From NCBI GenBank assembly GCA_965240325.2, contig OZ251231.1, forward strand, positions 2,170,001 to 2,234,000: DNA of 64,000 nucleotides, given 5' to 3'. Made by a program: the position numbers and the translations under genes. The notes under the pieces are model-generated. The model saw only the letters and a program-made list of their open reading frames with translations, was not told the DNA's origin and searched no databases. Shown in pieces: positions 22,355 through 33,169 of the stretch. This DNA comes from Rebecca billardiae RCC1528. Taxonomy: Eukaryota > Protista > Haptophyta. How positions within the stretch are numbered: position 1 is the stretch's first letter; each line of letters starts with the position of its first letter.

Positions 22355-23900
22355 CACGGTCGTGCTGCCCGCGCCACTGCACATTCTCGTGCGCGTACAC
22401 GTGCGGCGCGGTGCGCAGGCGCGGCGGCCACGGGCGCAGCTGCACGCCGTCGAAGCCATGCTCGGCGTGCAGCTGCGCAAAGCCCGGCACCGCCGGCTTG
22501 GCGGTGAGCAGGTGCGTGAACGCGCGCAGCTCGGTCGGTGTGCGGACGGACTCATCCTTGGAGTAGTTGAAGCCGGGCGCGTCCTGCAGGAAGAGGCTCA
22601 CGCCGGTCATGGCCGCGGCGGCGTCGATGTGCACGCGGCAGCACGCCACGGGCCGCGCCAGGCCCACCGAGCGGCGTGCGGCGGGGCGTGCGTGCGCGTG
22701 CAGCGCGTGCAGCGCGCCCGCCGCCGGGTAGTTGAGCCGCGCGGCGCCGAGCAGCGCGGCGCACGCGCACACGCTCGCCGCGCCGAGGCCGAGGAGGGCG
22801 AGGGTCGGGAGCGCCGCGCAGCGCCGCCCGATCGCCCAGCGCGCGCGGCGGCGCGCCGTGCCGCTCGCGCGCAGCAGCGCCACCGCGCCGTGCGCCGCGC
22901 TCAGGTTGAACCACGGCAGAGCGTACAGCACGAAGCGCAGCTCCTTGTGCCCCAGCACGGAGTACACGCACACAAACGCCGACGCGACCAGCAGCGTCGG
23001 CCGCGCGCGCGGCTCGAGGAGCGCGCCGAGCGGCGCGAGCACGTACGCGCCGAGCAGCGCGCGCGGAAGCGCCGACGTCCAGTACCAGTGCCACGGCGCC
23101 ACGCCGTACTCGGCCGATCTCCCGAGCACGAGATTGAAGTAGAGCACCTCGCCCTCCGCCCACATCGCCGGCCGCCAGAAGAGGGAGTCGACGGCGACGC
23201 TCGCGAGCAGGGTGGCGAGGCCGAGGCGCACGCCGCGCGCCGCGCACTCGAGGAGGCGCACGCGCCGCTGCGCGAGCAGCGCCAGCCCGAGCGGCGCGAG
23301 CAGCAGCACCAGCTCCGCGCGCAGCGCCACGATCGGCGGCACGAGCGCGAGAGCGGCGAGCGCGCCGTCCGCGCGCCGCTTGGCGGTTGCCATGTCCTGC
23401 TCGAGCCAGAGCGCGAGGGCCAGGTTGGTGAAGCCCAGCGCGAACGAGTTGGGTAGCGTGCGGCTCGCGTAGAAGGGCAGGTGGAACTGGCACGCGCACA
23501 CGAGCGCGAAGAGGCCGCCGAACGCGCGGCCGCGCGTGGAGTCGACAGCGCTCTGCACGCGCCGCAGCGCCGCGCCGTTCGCCGCGCCGAGGCACAGCCG
23601 CGCGGCGAGCTGCACCCAGAACTTCCGCGCGCCGAGCGCCCACTGCAACGCGGCGAAGGGCGCGGTCACGGCCGCGAGCGCGGCGGGCGCGAGGAAGGTG
23701 CGCGGCACCACGCCCGGGAATTCGAGATGGTCGTACGCGCCAATGTTGGCGCGGTGGTACAGGAGGTCGTGCGTCGCCTGCAGGTTGAACGACTCCTCCA
23801 CCTTGGTGAATGGGCACAGCAGGGTGTACGCGACGATCACGCCGAGCGGCAGTGCGCGCACCCACCGGCTCTCGAGCCGTGGCCACGAGTTGGCCGACAT
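22320..23900 (-). CDS. ALG12: Dol-P-Man:Man7GlcNAc2-PP-Dol alpha-1,6-mannosyltransferase
   Basis: Signature [16 protein letters not shown]...[14 protein letters not shown], plus [41 protein letters not shown]. Confidence 0.93.
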   Translation of the reverse strand: MSANSWPRLESRWVRALPLGVIVAYTLLCPFTKVEESFNLQATHDLLYHRANIGAYDHLEFPGVVPRTFLAPAALAAVTAPFAALQWALGARKFWVQLAARLCLGAANGAALRRVQSAVDSTRGRAFGGLFALVCACQFHLPFYASRTLPNSFALGFTNLALALWLEQDMATAKRRADGALAALALVPPIVALRAELVLLLAPLGLALLAQRRVRLLECAARGVRLGLATLLASVAVDSLFWRPAMWAEGEVLYFNLVLGRSAEYGVAPWHWYWTSALPRALLGAYVLAPLGALLEPRARPTLLVASAFVCVYSVLGHKELRFVLYALPWFNLSAAHGAVALLRASGTARRRARWAIGRRCAALPTLALLGLGAASVCACAALLGAARLNYPAAGALHALHAHARPAARRSVGLARPVACCRVHIDAAAAMTGVSLFLQDAPGFNYSKDESVRTPTELRAFTHLLTAKPAVPGFAQLHAEHGFDGVQLRPWPPRLRTAPHVYAHENVQWRGQHDRATARVTAARRA

Positions 23901-24012
23901 TCGCCTGTCGCCGACCGAGCGGGAGGGTTGGCCGACGACACTTGCGAGCGGCGGGTCGGGGACGCCGACCGCTGCGTCGCGACGCGCGGGATCGGCACCG
24001 CAAGAATGCACG

Positions 24013-25199
24013 ATGGCCGCCGCCAATCGGCGCGTGCTGACGACCATCGCCCTCGCCGCGCTCTCGGCGAGCGGCGATCTGGTGCCGCCGATTCCTGGTC
24101 TGCTGACAGACCCCACCGAGCGCCCACCACGCCTCCCGGGAGAGCGCGAGTGCTGCGTGTGCGAGCGCACGCGTGATCGCCACTGCGCTTGCATCCCGCG
24201 CGGCACCAGCATTGTGTTTGTCGGCGACTCGATCACGCGCTATCAGTACACGGACCTGGTGCGGCTGCGAGCGCGCGAGCGCGGCGCATCCCGCCGTCGC
24301 GCATATTCATGCCCGCGCGCTCGCGCCGCGCGCAGGCGTACTCGCTCAAGCACGGCTCGAACGGCTCGTGGGCGCACCGCGCGCGCAACCACCCGCTCAT
24401 CTACCACTCGTGGGAGCTCACGCCCGCCGAGCGCGCGCAGACGAGCGCGAAGCTCACGTACGCGCGGGCGCTGCACATGTTCGGTACGAGCGCCGAGCTC
24501 TCCCCCGAGGAGGAGTGCGACTGCCACCCGGCGGACGGCATGTCCAAGAACCGTGGCAACCACCTGATCGACAACCACTACTACCACGAGCCCCGGTGCG
24601 GCCTCAACCTCACCTACTTCTCGACGCGCGGGCACTGGAAGGTCGAGGGGCATCGGCGGGGGGAGTACGGCAGCGAGCCGCCGGGCGTGGCGTTCCGCAG
24701 CATCCTGGGCCGGCTGGGGCAGTCATGGGAGCTGCGATGGCGCTGGGTGCTCCCGCCCGCCGAGTGCATCGAGCGCATCGTCGCGCCGCTGCACGCGCAC
24801 GCGCTTGTCTTCAACGACGGCCTGTGGCGCGCGCTCGGGGCTCAGGCCGTCGACCTGCGCGCCGTGCGCAACGCGTCGGCGCACGCGGCGCCCTGCGTCG
24901 TGTGGAAGACCACGACCAAGCCGCGCGCCGCCGAGCGCGCGCCGCCGGACGCGGAGGGGCGCGAGGCGTTCGCGCGCGACGTGATCTTCGAGGCAGGCCG
25001 GATGACGGAGCGGCTGGCGCCCACCGCCGCAGACTACGTGGACAAGATGCACTTCCGCCCCGAGATCTACAACGCGCTCAACGTCGAGATGCTGCGCGGC
25101 CTGTTTGGGGCACCGGAGAGGCCGCCGGGCGTGCCTCGCACGGTGGGCAGCTGGAGATGCCCGAAGCCGGGAACGCACTTCCCCTCGCCCGAGAGATGA
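24013..25199 (+). CDS. SGNH/PC-esterase-like (TBL/PCMD-type) acyltransferase or esterase (intron 24259-24335)
   Basis: Signal peptide, [13 protein letters not shown] (GDS motif), FNDGLW, VVWKTTT and the DxxH motif DKMHF. Confidence 0.7.
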
Positions 25200-25637
25200 C
25201 GACTGCTGATCGGTTGTTTTTTAAAATGTTTAGGCGGCTTTCCCCGTCCGGGAGGCCAGGGCCCAAGCGACTACCGGTCCGGGTGCGTCCAGCAGGCGCC
25301 GGCCGTGCAAGGTTCCTCGCTTCCAGGAAACGTCAAGCTTGAAATGGGAAGCCCTCGCGGAAAGTCTCATAGGCGCGCGCGCACATTCGAGCAACGGCCG
25401 GTGGAACGCGCGCTGATCTTTGGTCGTGAACTCGTGATCCCAACGAGAGCTGCTTCCGGCCACACAACCCCAAAGGTGCGTCGCTCGCGGAGCCGCGCCG
25501 CGCGCGACCTGCGCGACTACGCGCAGCCCACGCGCGTCCGCACCCTCGCGAGCTCACACGCGAGCTCTCCGCCTGCCTGTGTATCCCACCTGCGCCGCAG
25601 CTCCTCGCTTCCCTCACCCGCTCCCAGCTCGCTCGTC

Positions 25638-27084
25638 ATGTCGTCGTCCACGTCATCGTCGGTCCTCCCGCTCGCCATCGGCGTCGGTGCTGCTGCCGTC
25701 GGCGTCCTCGCCGTCACGCACCTGCGCAAGGCATCGTCGAAGAAGACCAAGAAGAACGGCGCGCGCCCCAAGCAGGTCGACTTCTCCACCCAGCCCATCG
25801 TCTCCGTGGCTCCCCCACAGAGCATCTCCAAGCTCGCGTCGATGAGCGCCGCAGACTTGTGCGCGCACGGCCCGCGAGCTCGCGCCCACCTGGATGCAAG
25901 CGCGCTCGCAGGCGCGCGGCCGAGCGTGTGCTCACCATGTGCGCTATGTCTGCGCTATTCCGCCCACCGCCGCCCGCAGGACCGTCAAGAACCTGCCGCC
26001 GAGCGAGAAGGGCTTTGTGGGCATCTGCATCGCCGGCACCGGCCGCATCGCCGAGGTGCACGTGCGCGCCATCCTGGGCAACCGGCGCGCGCGGCTGGTG
26101 CACGTGGTCGACGTGATGGGCGAGCGGGCCAAGGCGTTTGGCGCCAAGTATGGCTGCGCGACGTACTCCACGGACATCGCGCAGGCGTGCCAGGACCCTG
26201 CGGTGGACGCGGTGATGGTGTGCACGCCCACGCAGTTCCACGCGGCCGTGTGCAAGGTGGCCGCAGAGTACGGCAAGCCGATCTTCTGCGAGAAGCCCGT
26301 GGCCGCCGTGACGGACGACCTGATCAAGGTGTACCAGCACGCGGCTGCGTGCGACGTGCCGCTACTCTGCGGCTTCCACCGCTCGTACGACCCCAACTTT
26401 GCGGAGGTGGTCGAGCTCGTGCAGTCGGGCGCGCTGAACGGCGTCTCGGTGCTCAAGTCGACGTCGCGCGACCACCCGCTGCCCTCGTTCGACTTCCTCA
26501 AGAAGGGCGGCGGCGAGCTGCTGTACGACTTCACCGTGCATGACTTTGACCAGCTGCTCTGGCTCACGGGCGATGGCGCCGACATGCCCGTCGCCGTCTT
26601 TGCCGCGGTCGGCACGTGCCTCGAGGAGCTGAAGGGCTCGGGCGTGGACGACACGTGCCTCGTGGTCGTCAAGTTCGCGTCGGGCGCGCTCGCGACCATC
26701 GACAACAGCCGGTTTGCGCCGTACGGCTACGACGCGCGCTGCGAGGTCTTTGGCCGCGGCGGGCAGGTGGCGATGAACAACCCGTCCACCTCCGCCGTCG
26801 TGCTGCAGTCCAACCGGCAGGGCGCGGTGGGCGGCGCCGTCGACGAGTCGTTCCCGCAGCGGTACGCGCAGGCGTACGCCAACCAGATGGACCACTTCCT
26901 CGACATCTGCATGTTCGGCGCGGCGGAGAAGGTGGGCTTCAAGCACGCCCTGCTGGTCAACTTGCTCGCGGACGCCGCTGTCGAGTCGAAGCAGACTGGC
27001 GCGTTCGTAAACTTTGCCAAGTTCGCCGGGGCGAAGTTGGCAGCGGCCGGCTTTGCGCTCGACAGCTCGGCCGCTGCCGCCTGA
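25638..27084 (+). CDS. Gfo/Idh/MocA oxidoreductase, myo-inositol 2-dehydrogenase-like, with an N-terminal membrane anchor (intron 25859-25979)
   Basis: Motifs GTGRIA, DAVMVCTPTQFH, IFCEKP, GFHRSYDPNF, TSRDHP, DFTVHDFD, SRFAPYGYDARCEVFG. Confidence 0.88.
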
Positions 27085-27772
27085 ATGGCCTAGCTGGGGG
27101 CGCCTGTCAGCACATTAATCAGGAGCACGCGCGTCAGCACATCATGCCGCCAATATGTCGTCACCGTCTGCAGTGGCAGCGCCAGCATATATATGCCATA
27201 TCAGACGACTCGGCGCAGTGTGACAGCACACTGAATCAGACATCGGCGCAGCAGTGTGACTACAGCACATCACTGACACATCAGTACGAGTGAACATTCA
27301 TACTTGCAGCACGCATTGTCACTGCTATGATATGCTGGATTTTATAGCAGCAGTGTCAGTGAGACGACACAGCTGATGACGAGTACTAACATCCGTTCCA
27401 TCGGATGACGATGATGATTGTTATTGATTACGGAGCCGGCGGTCGACGACCGGCAGTCGATCTAATTATTTATTGACGCGATCGATGTGGCGATGATGCA
27501 TGTGTGCGCCCGCCACTGTCGTGTGGCATGATGATGATCATCGTCAGCATTATATATCGTAGTAGTCAAAATATGTTCGTCTCGGACATCAAAGTTCTCC
27601 TCGGCCGTCTCGGCGCACGCACTCTCCGCGCGGGCGGACTCCGCGCCGTCCGCGCCGGCGGGAATCACAAGTCGCATGCAGCACTCGTTCACCGCGCGGC
27701 ACTGCAGTCGTCATATAAGCACGGCAGAGACCGGCGGCGCTGCGTTCCGCCAGTGGCGTGACCGCACCTGGC

Positions 27773-28519
27773 TCAACGGACTCCCCCCTCTGCACCAGAG
27801 GCTGCTGAGGTGGGACCATCCGACGCTGACGTGCCGCCTGCCTCAGTGACGTCGACATACACCTCGTTCGTCCGCAGCCAGGGAAGAGTCCAGGGTGGGT
27901 TGAAGCCTCCGAAGTAGTGAGGCTTTGGATCTACAGAGACCAGCGCGAGCTTTCCATCCGCGCGCACCGCGTCCAGGAGTTGTGCGCCCTTGGCATCAAT
28001 CAGCTCCTGCCGCATGGAGCCAGAGAAGGAGAGCGCGGCACACAGCCGCGGTGGCTCCTCCACGATCTTGACGCGGTCGTTGGTTGGCGTTGGCGCAGTG
28101 GCAAGCGTGAGCTCGGACGGTAGCACAAACTGCATCACCTGCATTCGCGGCTGCTGCTGCTGGCCGTGGGCAACGCTTGGCGCAGCCATGGCGCCTTTCT
28201 CCCGCGAGCCCATGATCACTGGGGCTGTCATCTGGATCTTCGAAGGGGCTGGGGAGGACGACGGGCCGTCCGCACGCGAGCCCATGACCACGGGGGCGGT
28301 CATCTTTACAGCCGTCGAGCCTGTGTTCTCGGGCTGGCCAACAACGCCAATGTACTTGGCCAGCGTCATGAAGGGCGAGCCGGTGTCAGCGTCTGGCATG
28401 TACTCGACCTGTGCGACGAGCCGGGCGCGGTAGGCACGCAGCTCGGCGCCATGTGCGAGAGCTCGGATGACGTCGTATTTTGGCGTCTCCTCGGTGATGA
28501 TGCCGAGCACGGAGCCCAT
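27773..28519 (-). CDS. SOUL family heme-binding protein
   Basis: Motifs ETPKYDV, FMTLAKYIG, two MTAPV, MQFVLPS, FNPPWTLPWLRTNEV; an MG N-terminus that could be myristoylated. Confidence 0.92.
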   Translation of the reverse strand: MGSVLGIITEETPKYDVIRALAHGAELRAYRARLVAQVEYMPDADTGSPFMTLAKYIGVVGQPENTGSTAVKMTAPVVMGSRADGPSSSPAPSKIQMTAPVIMGSREKGAMAAPSVAHGQQQQPRMQVMQFVLPSELTLATAPTPTNDRVKIVEEPPRLCAALSFSGSMRQELIDAKGAQLLDAVRADGKLALVSVDPKPHYFGGFNPPWTLPWLRTNEVYVDVTEAGGTSASDGPTSAASGAEGGVR

Positions 28520-28712
28520 GGTTTCACGAGCGCCTGTGCGTCACTTGCTGCGCCGACGGCGTTGGCAGCTCGGTGCTTGCGTCCAAGTCGACTCGGCGGC
28601 AGCCGCCGTTCCGTGCATCGTCGGCGGCGAGAGGCCGAGAGCCGAGAGAACGCCGTGGAATCCGGTCATCGTCGCGAGAACTTTCAACGTCGTCATTCGA
28701 TCAAAATACTTA

Positions 28713-29045
28713 CACTAATCAGGCATCTGGGTCAACCAGGTCCCCTGACTGAGTCAGCTGCGCTGCCCATCTCAAATGGGCCTCAACGGCGCCGCTGACG
28801 TGGCTGTCAGCCAATCAACCATATCACTTATCCAACTGCTGATGATCAGCATATGGAATAGAGATGAGCAGACCCTATGCCTTGCCTGCCGCCTTAAGCG
28901 GAGGCTTGCATGGGATTAGAGGGATGAGGCATTGCCAGGAACGGACGGCCCCTCCGCCCGCATTCATCCTGCCGACCGGCGCTGCGCTGTCGGCAGCAGC
29001 CGCGCCGGCCGGGTGTGAGTGCGGGCGTGTGGCCGCCCTAGCCCC
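28713..29045. repeat. Split direct repeat A1
   Basis: Matches 32447-32779 with no difference seen by eye. Confidence 0.95.
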
Positions 29046-29351
29046 TCCCCTGTCGCCCGCCCTCGGGCGGGCGACCTCGGTGCCGCAGCCCTCAACAGGC
29101 CCAGCACCGCTGCCAGCAGCCCTGCGGACGGCCGCCGACAGGAGGGAGCTGAGCTCACGTCCTGCCGGATCCTATCCGCTGACGGCGTGCCCGGCCAGGC
29201 CGGGCACGCCGCGGGCCGCCAGCCCTGCCCTGCCCTGACACCTGCCCGCCTGGCGTTGATGCCGGCTGCCAGGTGACAGGGCGAGGGCCTGCAGCACGCT
29301 GCAGCGTCCCCGACACCAGCGTGGCTGGACCATGTACTTGCCCATAGTCGA

Positions 29352-31090
29352 CCAGACCTCACAGCGCAAAGCAGCTGCCAAGGCCCAGAACGAGTGCACA
29401 ATGTGGGCCGAGTCGCGCACACCAGAGTAGCCAGTGAGCAGACCTGCCAAGGCACTCGTGTTGACAAGCCTGTGCTTTCGGAAGCCGAAGACCAGGGGGC
29501 GCAGGGCCCCCAGCATGACGGCCATGAATAGGAGAGAGGCCATAGATTGGCGAGAGTCCATCACTGCCCCCGACTAGTGCTGGAAGTGATCCTTCCCAGA
29601 GAGAGCCCTGCTGAACAGAGGCTGCAGGGCGGCCCTGCAGAAGCGGTAAGAAGCCCACTGCAGCTTGCCCAGAAGGCTGCCCATGTCCGACTGTTTGGCA
29701 ATGCAACCTGCTGCAAGGATGGATTCGATGGTATCCACCAGCAAAGAGATCCTGTCAGCATGCACGCTGCACCTGAGCTCGCCGCTGCGAGCAAAAGCAG
29801 AGAAGTCGTGTATGACCCTTAGGAAGGTTTTCACCAGACTTGGCCTGGTTGAACTGGAAGCCCATAAGGAGGCCCAGGTCCACCAGCAGCCCCTGCCCTC
29901 CTTTCGCAAAGGTGGGCTCACACACAGCAAAGTCCTACTCAAAGTAGTGCCCCACACAGATGGGAAGCGCCAGCACTGCGACCCTGGTGACGAACTCAGC
30001 CAGGCGATTGAATTGGATGACCGCGCTCTTCAGGCCAGAGTTGACCCCTGGAGGCGAAAGAACACCACACGTCAGCGGAATGGGTCCCAGTGCGCGAGCA
30101 ACGTGAATCGTGGCTGAGAGCACTGGATCAGGCGATACCCTGCTTCCATGTCATCGATGCCCAGCATCATAGACCATCCAGAGTGGCCCAGCTGTCCCAG
30201 CACGTCGCTGAACAGGGCAGCCGCCCCTGCCGGGAAATCGCCCAAGGTGCACCGAAGCCGTTCGTGCAACGTTGTACACGAGTTGTGCAAGGAGGCCTTG
30301 GCGTTGTCACATGGGCTGACCCTGCCGCCTTGTGGCACCCCGCGGCGGATTATGGGCACGCCACTTGTGCCTGCCGAAGAGGCGATCGACGTCTGGCGAC
30401 GAGCCGATCTCCGCCGCCCATCAGTCCTGCACCTCCTGCTGGGCGTGGGCCCACAGTGCTTCAAGGACGTCTGCGTGAGCGGCGCCGGCAGCCTGGGATT
30501 GGAGTTGCTCCTCCACCGCCGCATCCCACCCGGCGTGATCCAGGTCCGCCATGCGGAGGCAGGCGTGCTGCGCATCTGCTCGGAAGACTCCGCTGTCCGC
30601 GCAATTGCCCACGCACTGGACACCGCAGAAGAAATGAAAGCCACATGGGGCTTGCCGACGGTCTTACCATTCCGCGTTCCGAAGACCCGCTCGGGTCGGC
30701 GGATGGAACCCGGTCCGAGCTGACGCAGTTCAGCCGACCAGCCAGACAGGCTGTCCGCCACCTCTCACGGTGTGGAACCAAGCCAGTCGGGCGTCGTGGA
30801 CCGAGGTGCCTCTTGGTGCACAGATCCACGAGGCCGCCGCGCGCATGTCGAGTGCCAGGCCGAGCACAGGCGCGTTGAAGGGGTGCTCCATCTGGCACGC
30901 GGCCTCGATCCTGGGAGTGCCACTGCTGCTGCTTGAGCGTCGGCCGCTGGTATGCGGTGGCCACCACCAGGCCTGGGATGACCGACGTCGCCGCCTGGTG
31001 GACGGGCGGCCGGCGCATAACGTCGCGTTGCGCGCGCACCGCCTCCCGGCGCTGTGCGTCCGCTGCGACGCCGAACTCACCGGCCGCCAT
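29352..31090 (-). pseudogene. Frameshifted DIRS-type reverse transcriptase plus a truncated RNase H
   Basis: Fragments across frames: EHPF, KPHVAF, LWAHAQQEV, QGGRVSPCDNAKASLHN, DDMEAGYRLI, GLKSAVIQFNR, GHYFE*DF (broken YxDD at about 29929-29950), SLLGKLQWA, and RNase H C-half NTSALAGLLTGYS...FWALAAAL..EVW (29352-29465). Confidence 0.85.
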
Positions 31091-31208
31091 GCCGCATGTG
31101 CGGACGGCCGATCCGGGACCGAAAGACCCCGGGTGTCCGGGGTGCGCAGGGTCACCGTGCGGCCGGGGCCGCGGGCGGGAAATCAGCCGCCGCGCAACGA
31201 GCGCCCCG

Positions 31209-32177
31209 ATGGCAGCCGTCCCCAACCCCGCCGACGCGCCGCTGGCGCCCGACGAATTGGCGGCCGCAGTGGCGCGCGCTCGCGCGAACGCGGTGGTGGC
31301 GGTGAAACTCGCCTTGGACGCCACCGGCGCCGAGCCGGCGCCGGGTGCGTCGCGCACGCGCGGCCCGCCGCGCTGCTGCCGTCAGGGGCTGCGGGCACGC
31401 GGCCTGCCGCCTGCTGCAGCTGCTCGGGGTCGCCGGCGCCGAGAGCGACCGCGGCCTGACGAACCAGGTGATCGAGACGCTGAGGACGGCGCCCGCCCCG
31501 GGCGACGGCCCGTGGGCGGACGCCTTCGAGAGCGCGACGCTGGCCGCCCGCAACGGCCAAGTCGAAGTGACGATCAGCCGATCGGTCGGCGGAGCAGCGG
31601 GAGATGTCAACGATCACCGCCGCCGCCATGCCGACGTTGGCGCCCGCAACACTGCCGCCGCCGCGTGACGAGGCGCCTCGGCTCCGGCGGGAGCCATCGC
31701 GGCCCACGAAGGACGAGAAGCCCCAGCAGCTGCTGACCAAAGGCTGCGTGTGGCAGGAGGCCCACCTTGTCAACGACCAGACCGTCTCGATCGTCCTGCT
31801 GCCCGGGCCGCTCAACGCCTCGAAGAAGCTCCCCGGGCACTCGGAGAGATCTCCGGCGGCCAAGTGCCGCCGTTCCCGCAGTTCTCGGACGTCCTCGCCG
31901 CCGGGGCATCCGTGCCATCGCCGGAGGGGCGTGAGCAGTGCGCGTGCCCTGCTCCCTGAGCACATGGTGCTGGACGAGGTGAACGACACGGCCCTCGTGC
32001 CAGCGCTCCGAGACGACCAGTCACGGGCGTGTGCCACTCGTTCCAGCGGAGCGGCAGCTGCCCCAAGGTGGGGTGCCGCTTCCTCCATGTGCAGCAGAAG
32101 CAAAGCCGAAGGCTGGCGACGGCCGCGGGAAGCGCAAGGCAGGGTCAGACTCAGGTGGGGATCACACGTCCAATGAT
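31209..32177 (+). pseudogene. Frameshifted gag-like ORF ending in a CCCH zinc finger
   Basis: Coding-like segments from ATG 31209 across several frames, ending in CHSFQRSGSCPKVGCRFLH (32032-32088). CCCH fingers are known from ORF1 of some YR retroelements. Confidence 0.6.
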
Positions 32178-32232
32178 GAGTAGACGATATGACTGCACTG
32201 CAGCTTCCTTGTGTAGGGTGGGTTGGGTGGGA

Positions 32233-32448
32233 CGCGATGCAGCTGCGACTCGGAGCCGCCTGCTGATGCGCTTTCCCTTGCGGCGGCGAGTGCCGCCTCA
32301 CCCGGAAGAACATCCGGTCCACTGTGAGTCTGTGCACTGCCGGACCGCGCACGGTCCGGGCACGATGCATGGTGTGCTGTGACCTCTGGTTGTTTGAGCC
32401 ATCTTCTGATTAGTAAGCTGCCACCAGCCTTCGGTGTTTATCGCACCA
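32233..32448. repeat. Split direct repeat B1, abutting A2 (internal copy of the circle junction)
   Basis: Matches 36851-37066 and contains the hairpin CCGGACCG-CGCA-CGGTCCGG. Confidence 0.95.
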
Positions 32449-32779
32449 CTAATCAGGCATCTGGGTCAACCAGGTCCCCTGACTGAGTCAGCTGCGCTGC
32501 CCATCTCAAATGGGCCTCAACGGCGCCGCTGACGTGGCTGTCAGCCAATCAACCATATCACTTATCCAACTGCTGATGATCAGCATATGGAATAGAGATG
32601 AGCAGACCCTATGCCTTGCCTGCCGCCTTAAGCGGAGGCTTGCATGGGATTAGAGGGATGAGGCATTGCCAGGAACGGACGGCCCCTCCGCCCGCATTCA
32701 TCCTGCCGACCGGCGCTGCGCTGTCGGCAGCAGCCGCGCCGGCCGGGTGTGAGTGCGGGCGTGTGGCCGCCCTAGCCCC
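32447..32779. repeat. Split direct repeat A2
   Basis: Matches 28713-29045. Confidence 0.95.
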
Positions 32780-33169
32780 ATTGATTGCCCTCCTGGCCAC
32801 TGCGGTTGCCCGCACCCGGCGTCATCCCTTCCCATCGCTGCCTCAGATGGCGCACAGGGAGACTGCAGAGGTCTGCTCGGCCACTTCTGGCCTGCTCGCT
32901 GCATAGTATGTATGATGCAGCACAGTGCCGCATGCATCAGTGGAGCATGCGCACCTGATGGCCATCACCGGCCAGATAGCACCATCAGGTGCTATCTGCG
33001 CTGCCAGTGCCACTGCTGGCACTGGCTGCGGCAGCGGGGGCAGTCCCTTGTTCGAGTAGTCCTGCCTCCCCGCTGGCGAGTCGGTCCATTGACCGCCGGT
33101 GTGCTCAATGGCATGCCCCACCGCTAGTGCGCACGAGTCAGTCCAGCGCACGCGAACTGCTCGAGCCTT

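Noticed and set aside
28835-28875. CTGATGA in repeat A as a possible hammerhead ribozyme core (retrozyme-like)
   Set aside because: I could not find the downstream GAAA or the stem II/III pairing; the motif sits in a simple palindrome (TGCTGATGATCAGCA). An Infernal scan would settle it.
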